Shown here in pieces: positions 53,446 to 64,000 of a stretch of 64,000 nt of DNA (positions are counted from its first letter, which is position 1; each line of letters starts with the position of its first letter). The translations under genes were made by a program, and so were the position numbers. The notes under the pieces were generated by a model that saw nothing but the letters and a program-made list of their open reading frames with translations, was not told where the DNA came from and ran no database searches. This stretch comes from Eledone cirrhosa. Lineage: Eukaryota. Location: NCBI GenBank assembly GCA_964016885.1, contig OZ024741.1:238514001-238578000 (forward strand). The letters run 5' to 3'.

Positions 53446-55192
53446 ATAATAATAATAATAATGAACTTATTATGTACAGTGCTCAGGTGCACTACAACTT
53501 GTCAAAGGTGCATGTATAGTACATAGAATAATGTACAAATGTCAGGAAAAGGAACAGTGTATGAGTCATGATATACACACAGACACACACATACATGAGT
53601 GCATGTGTATGGAGGGGGAATATCAGGTGTAGTGTTGGTGAATTTCGGGAAGCATGGAGGTTTTGCAGGATGCAGTGTCCCGACTACTAACAACTGATGC
53701 AGGTAGTTTATTCCATGCTTCAGCAACTCTGAGCGTAAAAAAATGTTTCTGAAAGTCATGGGAGCAGTGCTGTTTTCTGACTTTGTAGGCATGCCCAAAG
53801 GTGTTAGACACAAGGAATTCAAAAAGGTGCTCAGGTTTGTTGTTGGCAAGATGGTTAGTAATTTTGTGGGTGTTTACCAAATCAGTTTTCAGAGGTTGGA
53901 GCTTTAATGTATCCATGCCCAGAGAGGCAAGGCATTCAGGGTATGGCAGATGCCTTTTGGAGGGTATTCGCTTGGTTGCATGTCTCTGGACAGTTTCCAG
54001 GAGGTCAACATTCTGAACAAGATAGGGGTTCCAGACTGGTGATGCAAATTCTAAGTGTGGTTATATACAGCTTCAAATAGGATAGCTGAAGAGCGGCTGA
54101 CAAAGGTCTTGCTGAGTGATGCTAAGACACCCTCGGCCTTCTTGACAATTTTAGAGATGTGCTTTGTCCAATGCAAATCGCTACTGACATGTTACATTCA
54201 CCAGAGGACTCCTTGAGATTACTGTTGTGGAGGGAGTATGTGAACGCTGGGTTTTCCTTCCAAAATGAAGGTGGTACACTTGTCCACAGCCAGCTTGAGT
54301 TGCCAGTCTGTGATCCATTGCTGTATTGTATCCAGGTCTGATTACAGGCAAGATCTATAGTGTTCAGAATCTGTCCTTTTTATCTCAAGGTGGCAGTTTT
54401 TAAGTTGACATCTATGTCATTAATGTATGCAACAAACAAAAGGAGACCAAGAACAGATCCCTGTGGTACATCTCATATGGTGAAGAATGCTATCCTAGAA
54501 CTGTGACTATCTCTTTTCGACTGAGAATGAAGGACTTCAACCAGTTAAAAAGATCATCCTTCACACCCAATGCAGAGAGTTTTGCCATAAGTCTTTTGTG
54601 TGGCACAGAATTAAAAGCTTTAGCAAAGTCAAGATAAACAACATCCACCCATGAACAGCCATCAGTGATCTGGGTAATGTCTTCAAGAAATTCGATGAGT
54701 TGATCACAACAGCTGGAGTTAAATGTAAATTGTGAGGGCTGGATAAGGCTGTGAGAATTCCAGAAGTTCCAGAGTGTTTTTCTGACACAGGATTCCATCG
54801 GTTTGGTGATGCAACTAGTAAGACAGACTGGATGATAGTTGAAAGGCGACGTGCTATATTCCTCTTTGAACAGAAGAATGACACTGGTCGTTTTCCACTT
54901 TTCTGAAGTAACATTGTTGTCAAGACAGAATTGAAAGAAGAATGAAAGCTGGTGCAGGAGAAAATACCTGCCATCTTTGAGAATCAGGTACGTAACACCA
55001 TCAAGATCAGAAGAGGCATAGTTGTGCTTATTCTTAAGGTGATGCAGCATTGCAGGTGTAAATTCTGTACTTGTTATAGAATTTGATGTTAGAGGTGCTG
55101 GAGATGGTACGTTTTGATTTTCAAAATTAAGATTGCCTGCATAGCATTCAGCAATGAGTTCTGCTCATTCTTTGGGATCATCAGTAATCTGG
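53446..55192 (-). mobile_element. CR1/L2-like LINE fragment with degenerate RT, in intron 2 of copy 5
   Basis: ORF 54490-55050 has RT motifs (YHPVCLTSCITK, VDVVYLDFAKAFNSVPH) and the same 3' end as the other CR1-like copies. Confidence 0.9.
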
Positions 55193-55878
55193 CTTGTGTG
55201 GGGATTGTGAAGAGGACCAACTGAAGAGTGAGGTCTCTGCTTTGAATGTACATATTTCCAGAACACTTTGCTGTCAGGGTTGGTTGCTATGCGCTGTTCA
55301 AATTAAAGCACTGCCTTTTTGGTCACATATTTACAATTATATTTGTATTCAAATTTATGTTCTATTTAATTGCTTATACCATACCACATCCTCATGGTTG
55401 TTGTTTTGATAACTTTCTGTTTAAAATAATACAATAAACGATTTTAATATTACAATTGTATCAGTGGTTTTATGATAAATTGTGTTGTGCTGGGCCTCCA
55501 TTGATTCTGACACTGATCATTGAAGTTGTTAGCTCAATTGCAAGTACCTGAACATTCCATAGATACATATGTTCTTAACATAATCCTCAATTATTCTATT
55601 TGGTAATAATATATTATATAAATAATTTTATAATTCAATAATATCACTGTATTAATAACAGCCACAGTGTTCTTGTAATTTTTGTTAGAAATAATCTAGG
55701 ACTTACGTCAGCCCTATTTTCAAAGAATTTTCTAGTCTCACACACAACAATCCTTAAAACTCACACACATGATCTTTAGGTGATTTGAGCAATAACTAAA
55801 TGATTTCTAGTAAACATGAAATAATAATGGATTTATAAGAAATTTATATCTCTATTTTATTTATATTTGATAACTTAC

Positions 55879-56029
55879 CTGATATTGCTGTCTGATGTGA
55901 AATATCTCCTTCACTCCACCCACGATTACGATCTCTTTGAGATGGTAATGTACCATTTAGATTGTTTGAAGTCACAATACTGCTGTTGTCACTTTCTTCA
56001 CATGATCCATCTAGCTGCTTATTATAGAT
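55879..56029 (-). CDS. Pcdh: Protocadherin copy 5, cytoplasmic exon 2
   Basis: 151 nt with offsetting +3 and -3 indels, AG and GTAAGT boundaries. Confidence 0.85.
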
Positions 56030-56487
56030 CTGTCAATGAAATAAGATATAGATGCATAATTGAGATATTTATGTGTGTATTTTTATATAGGGGTTACTTT
56101 TATTTCCAAACTATTTTCAAATGAATTCAGTCTTGAAGTTTGTGATTCTTGAAAAAAAAAAAGACAAAAATGTATACAATAATATCAAATTGAGCAGATT
56201 GTTCTGGTACTTAGAAGTAAGCTTAAGTTAAAAAAAACTAACATGGACAAGAGTTTTTCACTTACTTTGCCATGACATTTCTCATTTTTCATTGTTTGAA
56301 TGTATCTTACAATTAATCTAACATTATAGAACCCTTCAATAAAATCTAAGATTTAGAATTTATCATCCATTCTTAATATTCAACAGTATAAAAAAACACC
56401 ATGATGAATAGAAACAAATGAAGAAAAATATTATATATATAACATATGAAAGATATTTTAGAAAAAAATTGTTGTAATAATTAATAC

Positions 56488-58887
56488 CTGTGGAACTGGT
56501 GGAAGTCTTCTAGGTGTGGTTGAGAATTTCCAGTCGCTGGTTAACTGTTCCATCTCTGGATAATATGGACTTTTAGGGTTTATTGACTGAAGATTTCTAG
56601 CAAATATATCGTCTGCATTTCTGGTTATTGCAACAGGATTGTTAGTGTGATACAGTATTTGTCTCATCTCAGTCGGAGATAGGAATTTTGGATTATCTGC
56701 TGTTGTAGGTGAGTTATTGGTGTGATTAATACATCTGAAAACACACAGTGTTATTGACACTACAATAGCCACAGATATTATTACAGCTGCTGCTACAATG
56801 ATAATTACCCAAGTCATATTGAGGTTGTTACCAGTCTGTAAGTGGACTGCAGTCACCATTGGAGATGTATCATTACTAACAAACAGTGTTAGTATGATAG
56901 CAGTTGTTGCTGATTGAACTGGAGTACCACCATCTTTCACTATAAACTGTAGGTCATATGTTCCTGCATCATTTTGGTAAACTGTCCGAGAGAAAGAGAA
57001 GACACCAGTGTGGGAGTTGACTGTAAACAGGTTTTTATCATTAGATCTCAGTATTCCATATGTGAGGAAAGCATTGTTTCCAGTGTCTTTGTCAGAGGCT
57101 TTCAGAATTGTGATGTCTTTCTTACTGTGTGGATGGTAGTGGACATCTAGATTGTAAGGGTCATTAATAGGAAAGGTAAAATAGGGAACATTATCATTTT
57201 TATCTAGAATTTCAATAACAATATTGGCAGTGTTATTCAGAGAAGGTGCTCCATTATCTTTGACTAAAATCTGGAAGTTATAGATGTCTTTTACTTCCCG
57301 ATCTATTGATTGTGATGTAGAAATAAATCCATTTTTTGTAAGTTGGAAAGGAATGTTATCATTGTTGTTATCATTGATGATAGAATATGTAATTTGACCT
57401 CCATCTCCAAGATCAGGGTCAGTAGCATTGATGAAGCCAATAGGGAAGTCAACTTTCTGGTTTTCATAGGTGAGGAATTGGAATGTATCTTTGGTAAAAT
57501 GTGGCTGTACATCATTGACATCAGTTACTTTGACAGAGAATTGTTTCTTAGTCTTTAACTGAGGTGATCCCATGTCATGACATACAATAGATACAACATA
57601 GTGGTCTATAATTTCTCTGTCAAGAGGTTCTTTCACCAATATTTTATATTCTTTAGAACCCATATTAGAAAGTTGAAACATTTTATGTTGAATATTACAT
57701 TTAATTTGTCCATTAGGACCACTATCAGTGTCAATGACCATAACATAAGCTATAAAACTCCCAATTTTACTTGCTTCTGAAATAGCAGTAGAAGTCTTTG
57801 TTAAAGGTGACACAAAATCTATGTTTATAGTAGGAGCATTATTTTGATTGTTTATTACATTAATGATTAACATTGTTTTGGATCTTAATGAAGGAATTCC
57901 ACCATCCCTGGCTTCAATGTATAATTGGTATTTACTTTCTTTATTTCCAAAGAAATCTTCTTTGGTGAAAATTTCTCCAGATTTAGAATTTAATTGGAAA
58001 TGTCTTCTAGCATATTCATTGGTATTTCTATGTAAATAGTAAGTGATATTTCCATTTTGACCAGAATCTAAGTCTGTAGCTGATAATACAAACACAGGAG
58101 AAGATATATGATGTGTTCCACTGATGGTGACATTATATGACTTTTTTGCAAATATTGGCTGATTATCATTGACATCTATAACAGATATCTCTATGTTTAG
58201 AATTCCTTCCATTGGTGGTGAACCTCTATCTTTAGCCACCAACTGTAACGTATAAGTATCTTTTAATTCTCTGTCTAATTTTTCTTTTAGCATTATTTCT
58301 AGTAAATTCATTCCATCAAATCCTTTAAATATAGATAGTGAGAATTTTTTACTTTTATCTTTAAGTTTATATGTGATGTTAGAATTGAGACCACTAATGT
58401 CTTTATCAACAGCATTTGGTATTGATTTTGTTGATCCTTTAGCATCTGTTTCACCAAATTCTATTTTAGTTAGATCTTCAAGAAATTCTGGGGAATGGTC
58501 ATTGATGTCTTTAATAAATATTTTTACCTTCAATATTTTTATAAATGTTTCTTCTTTTCTCACAGCTACTTTAACAATTCTGGAACATTCCTTATTATAT
58601 ATACACAGTGACTCAGCATCTAGTGTCTGTGTAGTGTATAGTTTTCCTGTGTTGGTGACATTGAATAAGTTAGAACCACTTGACACTGTCCTTTGTAGTT
58701 GCGTAAATGTACTGAGAGTGTGTTGTTGATGTGTAAGAGAGTGTGTTAAGTTAGAATCAACAGCAATGTCTCCTATATATGTATGAGGGCTGTCTTCTTC
58801 ATTGACATGGTATGTAATGTCTATGGACACAACAGAATACATCAATCCACAGAGAAGGTAAAACCATAGAATGTTATTTCCTTTCAT
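56488..58887 (-). CDS. Pcdh: Protocadherin copy 5, large coding exon (most divergent copy)
   Basis: 809-aa ORF with 800 codons to a CAG|GTATTA donor. Signal peptide and EC3 are divergent. Confidence 0.95.
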
Positions 58888-59180
58888 CTTTGTGATTCAT
58901 ACTTATTTATGAATCCCTATATTTAAAAGGAAAGAAAATGAAATTGTTTATTACAATTTTAATAAATCAACTGGATGCATTAGAATTACAGCAGAAATAG
59001 AAAAAAAGAATTGATAAGATGGAGGGAAGAAATAAAATTATGAATTAATAGCTTATGTGTTCATAATGGGGATTGGAATGTTGAACACATGGAAATTTCC
59101 CTAGCTAATGTTTCAATAGAGTTAGAAACATTTTTCTTATGATAGCATTGATTATGTGCCTTTGTTTAAGCCATCAGAAT

Positions 59181-60172
59181 ATAAAAATAAATAAATAAAT
59201 AATAATAATAATAATAATAATATAATAAAATTATTGTTTCAGTGCTCAGGTGCACTACAACTCATCAAACGTGCTTGTACACTACATAGAATAATGTATA
59301 AATGTCAGGAAAGTGAACAGCGTATGAGCCATGATATACTTGTGTGCATGTGTATGGAGTGGGGATATCAGGTGTAGTGTTGGTGAATTTCAGGAAGCAT
59401 GGAGTTTTTAAAGGATGTAGTGTCTCAGCAGCTAACAACTGATGCAGATAGTTTATTCCATGCTTCAGCAACTCTGAGTGTGAAAAATGTTTGTCCACAT
59501 GTTTTAGACACAAGGAATCAAAAAAGGTACTCAGGGTTGTTGTTGGCAAGATGGTTAATAATTTTGTGGGTGTTTGCCAAGTCAGTTGCCAGACGTCGGA
59601 ACTTCAATGTATCCATGCCCAGGGAAGCAAGGTGTTTGGAGTATGGTAGATGCCTGATGGACAGTATTCGCTTGGTTGCACGTCTCTGAACAGTTTCCAG
59701 GAGGTCAATGTTTTGAGCAAGATAGGGGTTCCAGACTGGTGATGCAAATTCTAAGTGTGGCTGCACCATAGCTATATACAGCTTTAAATAGATAGCTGGA
59801 GAAAGGGTGACAAAGGTCTTGCTGAGTGATGCTAAGACACCCTCAGCCTTCTTGACAATTTTAGAAATGTGCTTCGTCCAACGCTAATCGCTGCTGACAG
59901 TAATACCCAGGTCACATTCACAAGAAGTCTTCTTGATATTAGTATTGTGGAGGGAGTATGTGGACGCTGGGTTTTTCCTCCAAAAATGCATGGTGGTACA
60001 CAGCCTGCTTGAGTTGCCAGTCCATGATCCATTGCTGCATTGTGTTCAGGTCTGATTGCAGGAAAGATCTATAGTGTTCAGGATCTGTCCTTTTTATCTC
60101 AAGGTACAGCTTGATGTCACCTGCATATTTCATTACTGTGGCATTCTTTAAGTTGGTATCTATGTCATGAAT
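59181..60172 (-). mobile_element. CR1/L2-like LINE 3' fragment upstream of copy 5
   Basis: KYAGDIKLY (degenerate YADD), MVQPHLEFASPVWNPYL, VQRRATK and an (ATT)n tail. Confidence 0.9.
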
Positions 60173-61932
60173 TCATATACTACTTATTTCTTTAACACTC
60201 CAAGTTCTTCAACAATGTTACACATTTAATTTACTCCGTTAAATATGCTTCATGTTCCTTTGTAATCATTGAAGGTTTATCTATAAACACAGAAAGTGTT
60301 GAATGTAGTAGAGATATTTTCTGGATCAATTGCATAGGGCATAAAAGTATTAATATACCTAATTACAAAGGGTATATATATGTTAATTAATTGTATATAA
60401 GAATATGTATTCAACATAGCTCTAAATAATATGGGAATATAATACCTACTGAGGAATATAATATCTTACTAGCAGTTCCTTTAGATTTAAATGTATCTCC
60501 GTATGTCGAGTGAAGTACCCCAGAATATAAAATATTTGCCACACTGACACCTCATTTTTCTCCACATGTGTTGTCATTGACTTTAAGAATGATGGAAATA
60601 AAGAATATTTACATCAACCAAGATCTCCATATGCAACTTAGCCAAGTGATTCTAAAACAAGTTTCTTGTAGATTAGGTTGTCAAAGTTTTGTTGGGTCAA
60701 TAAAATTGTGATGTGACTCAATTAAGTCGTGTCTTTAAAGAAATTCTTTGAATTTTTTCATTTGAAGAGAAAGCCAAGCACAATGGCAATATTGAAAATT
60801 TGAGCTGCAGGTAGAAAGGAGACCAATGATAAATGAGTTATGATAGAGGAAAACATTTCAATAATAAGAGCCATCATAGCTTCATGTTGTGAAAATGAAT
60901 AATTTAATACCCAAAATTCCCTTGCAGACACCTAACACTGAGCTCTTCCACCATCAACTTAACTGTGAGAACATCATGTTTTTGTGCTCTCAATGACACA
61001 TCTTCACGGTGTCACATTTTAGTGAAACACTAAATTATCAAAATGGACTGATAGGCCCACATAGCATAACTATAGTGGAAGAAAGTATCTTCTGATTAGC
61101 AAAAAGGAGATATACCAGAAGAAACATTTATGAATACTTAATAAGACTATACAGACTTATAAACAAATAAAGTATTTGTGTACATATTTCTTTTTTTTTC
61201 CCTTTTTTTATTTGATATTTGATATACATATGTTGTCTTAAGTATTCTAGCTGTTGCCATTATGTCTTTTTGCTTTGGTACAATACATCCAGCACCATAT
61301 AATCGATGTTCTTCGAGGTAGATTTAGTTGCTATTTAAATGAATCTCGGACGACTTTTCTAGTCAACACATGAACATGCGAAGATTACGCCAGATTAAAC
61401 AGAGTTATCTCCCTTGCATACTTTGCATATGTTAGTACATAACAGCAGTGTTTATCTGGTTAATGCATGTTTTATAGAAAATATTGATTTGTCCTTTCAT
61501 TAATACAATTTATTCTTATATAATCTTATTCGGAAATATTTTTCTAATTATAGAGGGAAATGGTATATTTTTGATGAGTTTTATCTTTAATTATTGTTAC
61601 ACCTGGCCACAACGTTTAGGGGATGGGTCACTAAATTATAACATCAGTTGTTGACTGGTACTTATTCTAGTGAGATACCAGGAGTTGAAAAGCTAAGTCA
61701 ATCAGCATGATACGAACTGAGAATATTATAGTACATAACTAAATACTATAAGGCAAGTTATTTCAATCCACCTCCTTCTACAAGCTAATTATTATTGAAA
61801 ACTATTTTAGTTCTGAATAATATATTTTCTCTTCAATGAAAATATGTCCCTATTTTATAGTTCTGATTAATTTTTCTTAATGAGACATAAAAACCTCATA
61901 TAGTCATGAATGGTGTATAGTGGGAATCATTG

Positions 61933-62515
61933 CACACTTAGAATTTGCATCACCAGTCTGGAACCCCTATCTTGCTCAGAATATTAACCTCCTGGAAACT
62001 GTTCAGAGATGTACAACCAAACAAATACCCTCCATCAGGCATTTACCATACTCTGAACACATTGCTTCCCTGGGCATGGATACATTAAAGCTCTGACGTC
62101 TGGCAACTGACTTAGTAGACACCCACAAGATTATTAACCATCTTTTCAACAATAACCCTGAGCACCTTTTTGAATTCCATATGTCTAACACCCGTGGACA
62201 TGCTTACAAAATCAGAAAACAGCACAGCTCCCATGACTTTTGGAAACATTTTTTCATGCTCACAGTTGCTGAAGCACAAAACAAACTACCTGCATCTTTC
62301 AAAACTTCCATGCTCCCCGAAATTCACCAACACTACACCTGATATTCCCCCCTCCATACACATGCACCCATGTATGTGTGTGAATGTGCGTATATCATGA
62401 CTCATACACTGTTCACTTTCCTGACATTTGTACATTCTTCTATGTACTATACATGCACCTTTAATGAGTTGTAGTGCACCTGAGCACTATACACAATAAT
62501 ATTCATTATTATATT
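61933..62515 (+). mobile_element. CR1/L2-like LINE 3' fragment
   Basis: HLEFASPVWNPYL region and the family 3' tail (cacctgagcact...ttattat). Confidence 0.85.
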
Positions 62516-62521
62516 ATTTTT

Positions 62522-62720
62522 GTTGGCGGTGCATTGGCAGTATCGGTAGAGGGTCAGGCGCCATGCTTTGAAGCATAGAGTTACCTCCCTTTATGATCTG
62601 AGTTCAAATCCCGCCGAGGTTAACTTTGCCTTTCATCCTTACGGGGGTCGATAAAATAAAAGTACCAGTAATGCACTGGGATAATTGCTGGCCTGGTGCC
62701 AAAAGTAGAAACAATTATTA
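62522..62720 (+). mobile_element. tRNA-derived SINE
   Basis: A-box-like TGGCAGTATCGG, B-box GAGTTCAAATCC, body tttgcctttcatcc...gtcgataaaata...gtaccagt and an (ATT)n tail. Confidence 0.8.
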
Positions 62721-62910
62721 TATTATTTTTACTTTAAGATTACCTTAAAGTATTTAAATATATTTTGTGTTATTAGCATGGAAAACAGGACATTAATTGA
62801 TGTCGATCTATTTTATATATGGAAATATATTTCAGATGTATCATCTATTGTCAAAGGGGTTTGAAGAAAACTTTGGAGAATGTTGAAAAGAGCATTTCTG
62901 TACCTCCATG

Positions 62911-62947
<37 letters not shown>

Positions 62948-64000
62948 GATGAAAATGTGTAATCCAGACTTGCATCCCAACTACAATCTGTCTATGAGGG
63001 CAGTAAATGTGAATAAGACCTGTTATGAACTGTAACAATAAGTTTGCCCTCTGCCAGAATGTAAAATGCTGCTGCTGATAATAGTTTTATATATCCTTTG
63101 TTGATATATATCAGTGAAAGATGTAAACATCAACAAAAATAAAGGAAAAAAAAACAATAGCGTTTTGAATGAAGTCCCTGTGATATTTGTCTACATCCAG
63201 TTACTTATACTCCCTTGTCACCCTCACTCTTAGCAGTACAGTGAATCACTGACTGACCTGTTTAAAACATATAACCAACAACAATATTGTTCACCCTTTA
63301 CAATATGATATAAACAAAGATATATATAGTGATAAATCAGTCAACTCTATTTCATCCTTGTATTAACTTTGCTTCATACCTATGAAATAAATGTTTAATT
63401 TGAAAATTCTTCATAGGATATTTTTATAAGTTATCACTATATGATAAAATGAGAAGAAAAATAATGACTAACTATTGAAAGTGATTGTTTTCACTGAATT
63501 GACAGTCAGAAAATAAAGTAATTGTATCTTATTATATCAAAGAAAACAAAGAAATGTTTAGTACTCGTAATTTTCTGTTATGACACACATATTTATCAAT
63601 AGAAGTGTAATACTAATGAAGGGTATCTTAATAAATCAAAATGATATATGTGCGTGGGTGTATCTTTAGATCTTGATATAAACAAGTTTAGAAAATGCTT
63701 TGTGATATTTTCATTATCAAAACATGAACAGATAAGTAATATTGAATCATGAAATTTGGAAGTGATAGCATTAATATTTTTGTTAAGAAAATTAGTGAAA
63801 TAAATGAAAGAATTGCAACACCCAATGATTGTTTATTGAAAAACTCTTGTATATTCGTAAGCTTTCAGTCATTTATAAGCGTTTTAAATATAAATGATTT
63901 ATATTTATTTATTAAATATTTCATATTTCTGGAGGTTAATGAAATAATTCTAATGATATATTTAATTGAACTCTATAAGTCTTCCAACTATACATTGATA

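Noticed and set aside
55193-55330. Possible inverted 5' piece of the CR1-like element
   Set aside because: No recognisable motif to assign it by eye; it needs a family consensus.

Overview
AT-rich animal genomic DNA. It is most likely an octopus or other coleoid cephalopod, inferred from the protocadherin style and the repeat families rather than proven. The window holds five head-to-tail, minus-strand protocadherin genes in tandem units of about 11-14 kb (ATGs at 7819, 21486, 33432, 44649, 58887). Each unit is a self-contained gene with a ~2.4-kb exon (signal peptide, six cadherin repeats, TM, proximal tail), its own 151-154-nt cytoplasmic exon and its own 83-89-nt stop-containing exon, giving predicted proteins of about 877-881 aa. 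A conserved non-coding, exon-like block with a GTAAGT donor also recurs once per unit. The paralogs are near-identical except for patches in EC2/EC3. Spacers and introns carry layered TEs: an RTE relic shared by four units, CR1-like LINE ends, an R4/Dong-like RLE element, a mariner, Helitrons and tRNA-type SINEs. The most striking unannotated element is a 165-bp-arm near-perfect palindrome inserted in a (TA)n run at ~50.7-51.1 kb. Each arm folds into a minimal type I hammerhead ribozyme of the Penelope-like type, just downstream of protocadherin copy 5.
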